Positions 1 to 9,744 of a DNA stretch of 40,464 nucleotides are shown one piece after another. Position 1 is the first letter of the stretch, and each line of letters opens with the position of its first letter. This stretch comes from Octopus bimaculoides. Its lineage: Eukaryota. The DNA lies in assembly GCF_001194135.2 (NCBI RefSeq), contig NC_068981.1, positions 3,498,227 through 3,538,690 of the forward strand. The letters run 5' to 3'. The notes under the pieces were generated by a model. That model was not told where the DNA came from, did no database searches, and saw only the letters and a program-made list of their open reading frames with translations. Position numbers and translations under genes: made by a program.

Positions 1-234
1 CGGGTGGCACATAAAAGACACCATTTCGAGCGTGGCCGTTTTCGTGCGGGTGACACGTAAAAGCACCCACTACACTCTCTGAGTGGTTGGCATTAGGAAG
101 GGCATCCAGCTGTAGAAACTCTGCCAAATCAGACTGGAGCCTGGTGTTGCCATCCGGTTTCACCAGTCCTCAGTCAAATCGTCCAACCCATGCTAGCATG
201 GAAAGCGGACGTTAAACGATGATGATGATGATGA
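1..234 (+). mobile_element. SINE/LINE-tail family D copy (GAT-tailed, RTE-like 3' end), running off the window start
   Basis: TTGGCATTAGGAAGGGCATCCAGCTGTAGAAAC...CATGCTAGCATGGAAAGCGGACGTTAAAC followed by (GAT)n. The same block recurs about 20 times on both strands (e.g. 2005-2369 -, 3212-3490 -, 9193-9480 -, 19300-19495 +, 21110-21290 -, 25450-25680 +, 26320-26445 -, 32660-32821 +). The RTE link is recalled similarity, not a search result. Confidence 0.85.
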
Positions 235-247
235 TATATATACACGA

Positions 248-399
248 ACTTCTTTCAATTTCCATTTACCAAATCCACTCACAAGGCTTTGATTGGCCCA
301 AGGCTATAGTAGAAGACGTTTGCCCAACGTGCTACACTGTGGACTGAACCCAAAACCATGTGATTGAGAAGCAAGCTTCCTACCACACAGCCACACCAG

Positions 400-400
<1 letters not shown>
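248..400 (-). mobile_element. tRNA-headed SINE family A, 5' half
   Basis: The reverse complement matches the head and central block of the full-length copy at 18278-18677 (GTGTGGTAG...GGGTTCAGTCCAC...GGGCAAAC/GTGTCTTCTACTATAGCC...TTGTGAGTGGATTTGGTA). Other partial copies: 2495-2620 -, 3006-3210 +, 11342-11510 +, 13805-13970 -, 15085-15230 -, 19895-20010 -, 25078-25240 +, 28990-29130 +, 32540-32640 -. Confidence 0.8.
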
Positions 401-449
<49 letters not shown>

Positions 450-771
450 TGTGTGTGTGTCTTTGTACCTGTGTTTGTCCATCACCACCACTTGACAGTC
501 GGTGTTGGTTTGTTTACATCACCATAACTTAGCAGTTTGACAAAGAATTAAAAATAAACAATAAATGAAACACCAGCAGTATGGTTAATTATAATAGAAG
601 ATGCAAAAGTCATGGATTCTGTTTGTCTTGCTTCAAACATTTTTTAAAGATTCTCTCCGTGAGAGGAAAAGAAAGCAATATATATAAGGTAACCATTTAC
701 ATCCATTCTGCGAGTTAAAATCTAAAATTTAGGCCACCAAACATTTCACATAAACCATTAAGAAAGTTTAA

Positions 772-985
772 CCCTTTCGTTACCAACCCGGCTGAAACCG
801 CCTCTCACTCTAGTACAACTGTCTTGTTTCCATAAGTTTTGAATCTTCTACCAAACCTTAGTCACAATTTATATTCCTAACACTAGCTGAATGATAACTA
901 AGTTATTTTACTAAATTCTTTGTTATATTTAAAAGTAATTGAAAGAAACACAGAACATCTCAACAGAAATATGGTAACAAAAGGG
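772..985 (+). mobile_element. piggyBac-type MITE family 1, copy 1 of tandem triplet
   Basis: TTAA (768-771) | CCCTTTCGTTACC ... GGTAACAAAAGGG | TTAA (986-989). Terminal inverted repeats with a TTAA target duplication are the established piggyBac signature. Confidence 0.85.
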
Positions 986-1016
986 TTAAGATCTATAATA
1001 GAGAAACAATTCTTAA

Positions 1017-1238
1017 CCCTTTTGATACCAACACACTTGAAACCAGCTCTGGCCCTGTAGTACAAATGTCTTGTTTTCATAAGTTTTGAATTAATATCTT
1101 CCACCAAACCTTAGTCACAATTTACGTTCCTAACATTAGCTGAATGATAACTTAGTTATTTTACTAAATTCTTTGTTATATTTAAAATTAATTGAAAGAA
1201 ACACAAAACATCTCAAAATAAGTACAGTAACGAAAGGG
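1017..1238 (+). mobile_element. piggyBac-type MITE family 1, copy 2
   Basis: TTAA (1013-1016) CCCTTTTG ... GAAAGGG TTAA (1239-1242). Body is alignable by eye to copy 1. Confidence 0.85.
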
Positions 1239-1269
1239 TTAAAATATGTAATAGAGAAACAATTCTTAA

Positions 1270-1491
1270 CTCTTTTGATACCAACCCACCTGGCACCACC
1301 TCTGGCTTTGTAGTACAAATGTCTTGTTTTCATAAGTTCTGAATTTAAATCTTCCGCCAAACCTTAGTCACAGTTTATGTTCCTAACACTAGCTTAATGA
1401 TAATTAAGTTATTTTACTAAATTCTTTGTTATATTTAAAATTAATTGAAAGAAACACAGAGCATCTCTACAGAAATACAGTAATGAAAGGG
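1270..1491 (+). mobile_element. piggyBac-type MITE family 1, copy 3
   Basis: TTAA (1266-1269) CTCTTTTG ... GAAAGGG TTAA (1492-1495). Left terminus carries a CCC>CTC mutation. Confidence 0.85.
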
Positions 1492-2367
1492 TTAAATTAA
1501 TAAAAAGGCCAATAAATTATTACAAATGTTTTATTAATTTGAGTTACATCCCAATAAAGGCGACATTTGTCATTGCAGCAGTCCAATGTCGGGTGATAAT
1601 TCCATTGCAAAAGCAGAATGGTTTCGGATTTAAATGACTGTTGCAATCACTGGAATGATTTTACTTGGTAACAATACCTCAGTGAAGATCTCAGAGTGTG
1701 TATGTGTGTGCACGTGCACATTTGCGTGTGTGCAGCCATCTGTGTTTCACACCTAGCTGTTTGCCATTTACATTACTCTCTCAAACGTAATGCTCGTTTA
1801 TTCATATTGTTTTGAATTAATGAGGCATAATCTTGAAGCTTTGTCATTTGGCTGATATAACCTGAACCTGACAAGCTAAGTTCCTGTAAGGAGCTTACGA
1901 AACTAAGTTGCCTGGGGCCCAGTTCAAACTGCTTTAAATAATAACATATAATTCCTACTAAATGTGTTGAATACTTTTGTTTGCCCCTTCACCTGTGTGT
2001 GTGTGTAATGTCTGTTGTCCATGCTGGCATGGGTTGGACGGTTTGACTGGGCTGGCACACTGGAAGGCTGCACCAGACTCCAGTCCGATTTGGCATGGTT
2101 TTCTATGGCTGGATGCCCTTCCTAACGCCAACCACCCTGAGAGTGTAATGGGTGCTTTTACATGCCACCGGCACGGGTGCCATTTGCATGACACCGGTAT
2201 CTGCCATGACTGCGATTTTGCTTGGCTTGATGGGTTTTCTTCTCAAGCTCGACATAATGCCAAAGGTTTTGGTCATTGCCTCCGTGAGGCCCAACACTCG
2301 AAACAAGCTCAGCGACTTTGCCTCCATGAGGCCAAACATTCGAAAGGAATTCAGCCACCTTGCCTCT

Positions 2368-2369
<2 letters not shown>

Positions 2370-2435
<66 letters not shown>

Positions 2436-2500
2436 TATACATATATATATACATACATACACACATACATACATGCATGCATACATACATACACATACAC
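2370..2500. repeat. (TA)n/(CATA)n compound microsatellite
   Basis: Directly visible. It generates the YIYI/VCVC ORFs at 1977-2630. Confidence 0.95.
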
Positions 2501-3844
2501 AAAGGGGTGCTGAAAAATTGCTGACTTTGGTCAGTCTGAGGCGATGGTAGAAGACATGTGCCCAAGGTACCACAGTGGGACTGAATCCAAAACCATGCGG
2601 TTCGGAAGCACATTGTAGCAACCTACCCAACTACATACCATTTCTCACTCTCTCCCCTATTTACTGTATCATCACAATCGCACGCACACACACACACACA
2701 CACACACTCTAACATGATTTTAAAGTATATAAACAAAGAACACCAAAATTTGGAAGTAAATATTTGCCACATTGTTTATAGTTCAGGAAGTTAGTTTGGA
2801 AAGTAAGGAGTGGTTCGCAGAAAATACATTTTCTCCGCTTCATCCAAGTACCGATGCTAGCAGCAGTCAAGTGATTATTGTTTAATCCAAAAGGAAGTTT
2901 CTCCTTCATTGGTAAATAACAATATTCCATTGTTTTGGCTGCTGTGATTTCTATTTGCATTTATTTCGCTCCACTTCTTTTAATTCCATTTTTCATAAAC
3001 AGATCTGCAGGCATGGTTTGCTTCCTGGCTAAGTGTTCTTGGGTTCAGGCTCACTGCACAGTGTCTGTGGGGCAAGTGTCTTCTAATGCAGTCCCGGATT
3101 GACCAAGTCCTTGTGAGTGGAGTGATGGGTGGAAACTGAAAGAAGCCCGTGTATTTATGTGTGTTTGCGTGTACTTTTGTCTTGACATCATGTGATGGTT
3201 GTAAATGAGCATCACCATCATCATCATTATCATCGTTTAACATCCGCTTTCCATGCTAGCATGGGTTGGACGATTTGACTGAGGTCTGGTGAAACCAGAT
3301 GGCTACACCAGGCTCCAATCTGATCTGGCAGAGTTTCTACAGCTGGATGCCCTTCCTAACGCCAACCACTCAGAGAGTGTAGTGGGTGCTTTTACGTGCC
3401 ACCAGCACATAGGCCAGTCAGGCGGTACTGGCAACAGCCACACTCAAAATGGTGTATTTTACGTGCTACCTGCACAGGAGCCAATCCATCTTACAAGCAA
3501 TTGCTATTCATTTCCAGTCTTCTGGGAAACACATGTCTGGCCAAGGTGCAGGTTGGCAACAGGAAGAGCATCCAGCTGTAGAAAATCTCCTTCGATAAAT
3601 TCTGTTTGATGCATGCAAGCATAGACAGATGGACATTAAACAACAACAATGACAACAATGATGATGATGATGATGAGATTCACTGTGTCTGTTTCCCCAT
3701 AGAACTTTCCAGAGAGAAAAAAAAAATATTTGTTTGATATCAATAGGTTTCCCAAACATCTGTAACAAAATCCATTACTTTATAATTGAAGATTACAGTG
3801 TTGACTTCTTGTTTAGATGGGATAATGGGTCGATGAGTTAATAA

Positions 3845-4025
3845 TGACATTCTTATTCAACATTTAGCAAAAGAGTTTCAAAATTCATTGAAACAAAAGC
3901 AGTGTATTTTAACTGAAATATGGTAAGAAAAGGGTTAAAGTGATCTAAATTAAAACCATCCATCAAAATTCCATTTTGGTTTATGTCCCAAACACTAATA
4001 ATGACAGAGTTATTTTACTAAATTA
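3845..4025 (+). mobile_element. piggyBac-type MITE fragments (3' end of one copy abutting the interior of another at a TTAA)
   Basis: ...AAATATGGTAAGAAAAGGG TTAA (3935-3938) AGTGATCTAAATTAAAACC. The right part matches the interior of the MITE at 29684, which reads GTTTTAAAGTGATCTAAATTAAAACC. Confidence 0.6.
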
Positions 4026-4553
4026 AAAATGCTAACAAACAACTTAAAGTAATGATTTCCAAATGATATGTTGTGAGGTGTAACTAGGTGCATCGTGAAA
4101 ATAGCAATATTATATTTAAAAGTCTGAGACATAAAATATTAGGAATTATGCTTTATTTGTTGTATAAAAGAGTAAAAAATTTAATAATTTTCCGTAGTTT
4201 AAATTATATTTACAGACTGATATATATATGTATACATATATATATATTTATGTTTATATAAAATACCTTTTTCTAATACATTTTTTTCATTTTATTTTAT
4301 ATACAAAGCAAACCAAAATATTTTTATTCGTTTTTATTAGTGTGCCATGAATAAACAGAACCATTCGGAAACCATTACTTTAAAATCAATAAGGCGTGGA
4401 ACAGTGAAAGAAAAAAAAAAGTCCAACGACCAGTGTCAGATTTACTAAGTGCATTTGATGTAAAATCTAACATTAAACCTAAAAATGAAATCGTTGACTT
4501 GCTATCTGTAAATGGTACTTAAACAGTAAAGGAAAATACACACAGACAGACAC

Positions 4554-5130
4554 GTAAACCTAGAATGTGAGTAAACCACATTGGTAGTGAGTGTTGGCAA
4601 AAAATAGAAATAAAATTTCCTAAAATTTGTAAATTCAGATAAGCTTTATGTTGTGGTGTGGTGAAAGAGGTAAGTTATGACATTAAAGAAGTTGAGGAAT
4701 ACTTTCTTAACTTCATTCACAGCTTTCTGACACCATGTAAGCCTAGAATGTGAGTAAACCAATAAAATTGGGTGTTAGTGAAAAACAGAAAAAACCATTA
4801 CTAAAATTTATAAATTCAGATAAGTTTTATGTTGCAGTACAGTGATAGAGGTGAGCTCTGACGTTAACTCTTTTCTTACTATGTTTCTGCTGAAATAGAT
4901 GTTTCAATTAATCTTGGAAATAATAACTTTGGAATTTTCAAGCTGATGTTCAGAATACAAATTAACATGAAGATTTTGTGGAAGGTTTTAATTTAGATCA
5001 CTTTAAAACAAGGAGTTTCTACAAAAGAATCTGGCGGAGGTGGTGGTGGGGGGGTCTAGGTGTGGTTTGATATCAAAAGGGTGAAAGAAGTCAAAGAATG
5101 CTTTCTCAACTTCATTCACAACTTTCCAAC
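4554..5130. repeat. ~183-bp diverged direct duplication; second copy interrupted by a MITE
   Basis: CCTAGAATGTGAGTAAACCA at ~4559 and ~4742, AAATTCAGATAAG-TTTATGTTG in both copies, and ACTTCATTCACA-CTTTC at ~4710 and ~5110. Confidence 0.8.
4868..5081 (-). mobile_element. piggyBac-type MITE family 2, full length
   Basis: TTAA (4864-4867) CTCTTTTC ... CAAAAGGG TGAA (5082-5085). The body is the reverse complement of the element at 29684. Confidence 0.75.
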
Positions 5131-5549
5131 ACACAGCTCCTCATTCATTCCTTTATGGCACTTGCCAGAAACATCAAAACATTTATCTTTCTCACATTAT
5201 ACAAAGTTATCTTATTTGTAAGAGTTTGATTTACGCTACACACACTCAGAGAACTGTAACAAGAACCATAAAAAGCTAGGGTAAGGGTGGGGATGGGGCA
5301 GTGGAAAATTTAATGAGTACTAGAGATAAAGGGGGGGGTATGAGCTGGCGGGGTGGTGGCGGTGGTGATAGATACAGCTGTACAATTTTGTTTTTAGTCT
5401 TTGTCTCCTAATTCAATATTAACTTTCAAAAAAATTATAAATGTAATATTATGATAGCCTGCTTGGTAACTTCCATTACATAAACAAAGACAATAACAAC
5501 ATCAACATCAACAAAAATATTAGCCGTCCACATGTAAATAAGTTAAAAA

Positions 5550-5617
5550 ATGTGGTCTAGTGGTTAGGATTCCTGGCTTTCACCCAGGCGGCCCGGGTTC
5601 GATTCCCGGCATGGGAA
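5550..5617 (+). pseudogene. tRNA-Glu-TTC: tRNA-Glu(TTC) pseudogene lacking the first 4 nt
   Basis: ATGTGGTCTAGTGGTTAGGATTCCTGGCTTTCACCCAGGCGGCCCGGGTTCGATTCCCGGCATGGGAA. Anticodon stem CCTGG/CCAGG with TTC at 5579-5581, T-arm CCGGG-TTCGATT-CCCGG, intact A and B boxes. The 3' acceptor strand CATGGGA requires a 5' TCCCATG, but TCCC is replaced by AAAA (5546-5549). No encoded CCA. Confidence 0.9.
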
Positions 5618-5624
5618 CGCCTTC

Positions 5625-5631
5625 TTTTTTT
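5625..5631 (+). terminator. Pol III terminator-like T7 run after the tRNA trailer
   Basis: CGCCTTC TTTTTTT immediately 3' of the tRNA body. Confidence 0.6.
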
Positions 5632-5778
5632 GGCATTAGGAAGGGCATCCAGCTGTAGAAACTCTGCCAAATCAGATTGGAGCCTGGTGCAGCCACCTGG
5701 TTCATCAGTCCTCGGTCAAATTGTCCAACCCATGCTAGCATGGAAAGCGGACGTTAAACGATGATGATGATAATGATA
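5630..5778 (+). mobile_element. 5'-truncated SINE family D tail joined directly to the tRNA terminator
   Basis: TTGGCATTAGGAAGGGCATCC...GGACGTTAAAC(GAT)n, near-identical to 88-234. Confidence 0.9.
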
Positions 5779-6334
5779 TAAACCACATATATTATAAACA
5801 AAATTTTAAACAAAGTTTAAGAGTCAGTTAAAATTTGTGGGTATTTCCATACATACAATAAAGGCAGCCACTGCACTTGTTGCATGAGGTAACATCACAA
5901 CATGTGTGCATATAGCAAGGGGGGAATAGAAAAAGTGTTAGTAAAAGTAAGGGAGGCAAGGTGAGAGCTAAGAAAAAGTTGGAGAAGCATTAATGCAGTC
6001 CGTTATCTTAGTAACGTTTTATGTACCGCCTTACCAAATAACTATTGTGAAGTAGCATGCCAAGTCTAAAATTAATCGATTCTAATACGTAAAGTTTCGT
6101 TGTTTTTTTTTTATGCTGCAGATGCATAATCATAATATTTGGATAGTTTCAAAGTAATTTATCTATTTTTACTGTTTTAAGAATAAACGAAATTTAGTTA
6201 CAAATTTTTATTTTTTTGTAATATTCATCAAACAATCTAGATTCTATGAAAGGGTTGTTTTGCCAATTTCAAATAAATTTTATAAATAGTGTTCCTTTCA
6301 ATAAACATTAAACAAAACAAAAAATTGTCATTGT

Positions 6335-7035
6335 TTAACCCCTGGTCAGTCTTGGTAGAGCAAATAGATATACATGCTGTACAAAAAGATCTTCCAACCA
6401 TGGCCATCATGTCTGTTCTAGAAAGGTGTATTCAGGACATTATCATCTAATATGTTATGATACGGCTTGGGTTAAGGGAGATTTGGCCCCCTTGTTATAT
6501 TATTCTAATATAAAGGGAATGTTAAAAATTGCATGAAGTAAAATTAATTAAATAAATCAAAATTCTAATTTAATTGGTGGCCTTGTAGTCACATGTTTAG
6601 TTTTGTACACTTTGATGGGCAAAAACAGTCTCTGAAAGAGTAGGTTTTTTTTTCCCTCTTCAAGTCAAGAAATACTTCAACCCATTAAACACCCACCCCT
6701 CACTATCCCAAACACCATTTAGGTGACTGGACAAAGTACACTGACCATTGGCTAAAAAACATGTCATTTCTTGTTAGTCATTTCTACCACCACCACCTCT
6801 GCTCTTCTAAAGTAGCTTACTGCATACCATTTCCACTTTCAGATAACATGATCAAATGATCTGCTAGAAACAACAGCAAAATCTCTTTGAAATCACACTT
6901 TACTTGGGATGTTCAACACATAAGATAATGTAGTGCAAAATGCACCAGGTCTGAAAACAAAACAAAATGATCAGAGCAGGAATGCCTTCGGTGATATACC
7001 TGCTAATCCCAGACCTGTGGCTAAACAACAGTAAC
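6335..7035. mobile_element. Two copies of a further SINE-like family (6335-6490 minus, ~6850-7035 plus)
   Basis: Plus copy TGATCTGCTAGAAACAACAGCAAAATCTC...GACCTGTGGCTAAACAACA; the minus copy begins GTTTAACCCCTGGTCAG, its reverse complement. A related piece lies at ~29470-29640. Family recognised from memory and from within-window similarity. Confidence 0.55.
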
Positions 7036-7091
7036 AGCAGGAATCTCACTTTTTTCCTCATTGTGTCCCACCCCTAAATGCTCTGTATTAA

Positions 7092-7280
7092 CCCTTCAGC
7101 ATTCAAATTACTCTGTCAAAGGTAATGCTTATTTACTCACATTGGTTTGAGTTAATCATGTATTATCTCAGAGCTTTGAAATTTTGATGATGTGATTGTT
7201 GGGTTTTTTAGAATGACATTGTAGAGTAGGTGTAAGAAGCCAGATCTGGCTGGTTTGAACATAAAACAGGTAGATCTATT
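7092..7280 (+). mobile_element. TTAA-CCCTT MITE family 3 (truncated)
   Basis: TTAA (7088-7091) CCCTTCAGCATTCAAATTACTCTGTCAAA. Reverse-complement relatives at ~20885-21075 and ~19212-19290, and a fragment at ~1785-1860. Confidence 0.6.
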
Positions 7281-7344
7281 CTCAGGACCTCAACCTTCTG
7301 AGATCAAACCTTGTCTATATTTTACTCTCCACATAAGTATAAAC

Positions 7345-7639
7345 ATCTCTGTCTCTCTCTCTCTCTCTCTCACTATGTCCCTGTCTCTTTCTTTGCCCGT
7401 CTCTGTCTCTCTTTCTCTCTCTCACTATCTGTATGTCTCTCTCTCTCTCTCTCTCTCTCTNNNNNNNNNNTATCTGTATGTCTCTGTCTCTCTCTCTCAC
7501 TATGTCCCTGTCTCTTTCTTTGCCTGTCTCTGTCTTTCTCTCTCTCTCACTATCTGTATGTCTCTGTCTCTCTCACTCTCTCTCACTATCTGTATGTCTC
7601 TGTCTCTCTCTCTCACTATGTCCCTGCCTCTTTCTTTGC

Positions 7640-7672
<33 letters not shown>

Positions 7673-7680
7673 TCTTTCTC
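7345..7680. repeat. (CT)n-rich composite tandem repeat spanning a 10-N gap (7461-7470)
   Basis: Recurrent CTCACTATGTCCCTGTCTCTTTCTTTGCC and CTCACTATCTGTATGTCTCTG units. Copy number may be an assembly artefact. Confidence 0.85.
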
Positions 7681-8233
7681 CCTGTGCCACACCTCTCGAT
7701 GTCCGTGACCATGCACCTCCATTCCAAAGTCTAAATATTCATGATTTCACTTAGAAAGCTACACCAAATGGTTTTCTTCTCCAACTTCTGCCAGTTCATT
7801 TATTGCTTACTCTGCTACTCTTTTGTTCTCCCAAATTTTACCCTTGAAACACAGGACCTTATTTGACCCTTAAGCAGAGGAACTGGTTCAAAGGACATTG
7901 GTGGGGGAGCACATCCACACACCGAAGGGTTTGTGTGACATGCCCAGAGGCCAGCCTTCTTCTGGTCCTGTATGCTTTAGCCTTGGGACCAACTGTTATT
8001 TGACCTTATAACTAAGGGGCGGGGGCTAACTAGTAGAACTATGCTGGGACAGGTTGGACCTGAGATTAGTGGCAATTAAGGGGTAAATTCATATTCTCTG
8101 AAACTTCAACCAGGCTGGAGTCACACCACTGGATGAAGTTTAATGTGTTGTCCAGGATGTTAATGTATGGCATGTTAGAACTAAACAGGAAAGAGGCAAT
8201 CTGAACAACTGTGAGGAAATATTGAACAGAAGA

Positions 8234-8309
8234 CACCTGTACCAGTGGAGCTCACCTGTACCAGTGGAGCTCACCTGTACCAGTGGAGCGCACCTGTACC
8301 AGTGGAGCA
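8234..8309 (+). repeat. 19-bp minisatellite, 4 copies (CACCTGTACCAGTGGAGCT)
   Basis: Directly visible, immediately upstream of the long SINE D copy. Confidence 0.95.
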
Positions 8310-8733
8310 CTAAGAGCACTATCCGAGCGTGATCATTGCCAGAGCAGCTGTCTGGCTTCCGTGCAGGTGGCACGTAAACAGCACCATTTGAGTATGATCA
8401 TTACCAGCGTCACCTTGCTGGCACTTCTTATGCCGGTGACACGTTAGAAAACATTCAAGCAAGGTCATTGCCAGTGCCGCTTGACTGGCTCCTGTCCAGG
8501 TGGCACGTAAAAAACACCATTTTGAGTGTGGCCGTTGCCAGTACCGCCTGACTGGCCTTCGTGCCGGTGGCACATAAAAGCACGCAATACACTCTCAGAG
8601 TGGTTGGCGTTAGGAAGGGCATCCAGCTGTAGAAACTCTGCCAGATCAGATTGGAGCCTGATGTAGCCATCTGGTTCACCAGTCCTCAGTCAAATTGTCC
8701 AACCCATGCTAGCATGGAAAGCGGACGTTAAAC

Positions 8734-8792
<59 letters not shown>
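8310..8792 (+). mobile_element. Long SINE family D copy with internal ~60-bp tandem units and a long (GAT)n tail
   Basis: About 4 units containing GTGC/TCC(A/G)GTGGCACGTAAA..CACCAT, then the conserved GGAAGGGCATCC tail, with (GAT)n at 8733-8792. Confidence 0.9.
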
Positions 8793-8793
<1 letters not shown>

Positions 8794-8937
8794 GACTAAA
8801 TGCTAACATCTTTTAATGAACACAGAACTAAATATTAATGAATTTCAACAAACACAGGAATTGAAAAAAGGATTAAATATTAATGATTTTTAAGAAACAC
8901 AGGACTAGATATCAATACTCAACAACCACGAGAAGGT

Positions 8938-9145
8938 GGAGAACTGGCAGAATTGTTAGCAGGTAAAATGCTTAGCGGTATTTCATTCCCCCTTATGTTC
9001 TGAGTTCAAATTCCACTGAGGGCAACTTTGACTTTCATCCTTTCAGGGTCAATAAGATAAGTACCAGTGGATCACTGGGGGTCAATGCAAACGACTGACT
9101 CCTTCCCGGAAACTGCTGTTCTTGTGCCAAAGTTTGAAACCAATA
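8938..9145 (+). mobile_element. tRNA-headed SINE family B (Nin/Deu-domain-like)
   Basis: GCTGGCAGAAT.GTTAGC head, GAGTTCAAATTCC B-box, central CTTTCATCCTTTC.GGGTC.ATAA.ATAAGTACCAG, which resembles the Nin domain as I recall it. Other copies: 10490-10850 -, 14878-15060 +, 22395-22550 -, 27448-27673 +, 31180-31790 - (three). Confidence 0.7.
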
Positions 9146-9661
9146 TTTAACGACCACAAAAGTAAATATTAATGATTTTTAATGAACACATCATCATCAT
9201 TGTTTAACGTCCGTTTTCCATGCAGGCACGGGTTGCATGGTGTGACAGAGGTCTGGAGAGCCAGCGGCTGCACCAGGCTCCATTCTGATCAGGCAAGGTT
9301 TCTACAGCTGGATGCCCTTCCTAATGCCAACCACTCTGAGAGTGTAGCAGGTGCTTTTTACGTGCCGCCGGCACAGGAGCCAGTTAGTGGGTACTGGCAT
9401 CAGCCACATTTGGTTGGTGCTTTTTACATGCCACCAGCACAAGAGCCAGTCAGGGGTTACTGGCATCGGCCACAAGACCTCAAATTTGAAATCCAGAAGG
9501 AGGATGTTCCTGATTGAATAGACCCATGGCAAAGGTGGCCTTGACAAGAACTGAACTCAAAGAATTGCAACTTAACTCTGCAAAGTATTTTGTCTATCCA
9601 CAATTCTTCACCAGTAATTCTGCCACCCACCAACCTTCTCCAAATATTAGAAATTTCTGGA

Positions 9662-9744
9662 TTAACTTCGGTCATGTCTATTTGATTGTTCGTGTTTAAA
9701 ATCATGGCTGATAACTTTGTATAAAAGTAAAGGTTGTTCTTCAT
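9662..9744 (-). CDS. Candidate terminal exon of an unknown gene (DEEQPLLLYKVISHDFKHEQSNRHDRS*)
   Basis: Pyrimidine-rich acceptor TTCTCTATTTTCCTTGACTTGTTGTCATTCCTGTAG in unique sequence. The phase-0 frame (MKNNLYF...) is also open. No protein recognised. Confidence 0.2.

Noticed and set aside
768-1495. Repeat-spacer-repeat layout suggestive of CRISPR
   Set aside because: Repeats are ~220 bp, spacers are near-identical rather than unique, the context is eukaryotic, and no cas genes are present.
1977-2630. Long ORFs with YIYI/VCVC/HTHT runs here and at 16044-16359, 17131-17650 and 26393-26811
   Set aside because: They are translations of microsatellites and SINE sequence.
3270-3310. CTGAGG(A/T)-CTGGT-GAAAC on one strand of many family D copies
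   Set aside because: It mimics a hammerhead core, but only 5 nt separate the motifs with no stem II, and there are no flanking stems I or III.
5546-5617. Functional tRNA-Glu gene
   Set aside because: Four of the seven acceptor-stem pairs are lost because TCCC is replaced by AAAA.
7880-8230. GC-richer block upstream of the long SINE D copy as a reverse transcriptase remnant
   Set aside because: No RT motif could be read in any frame.
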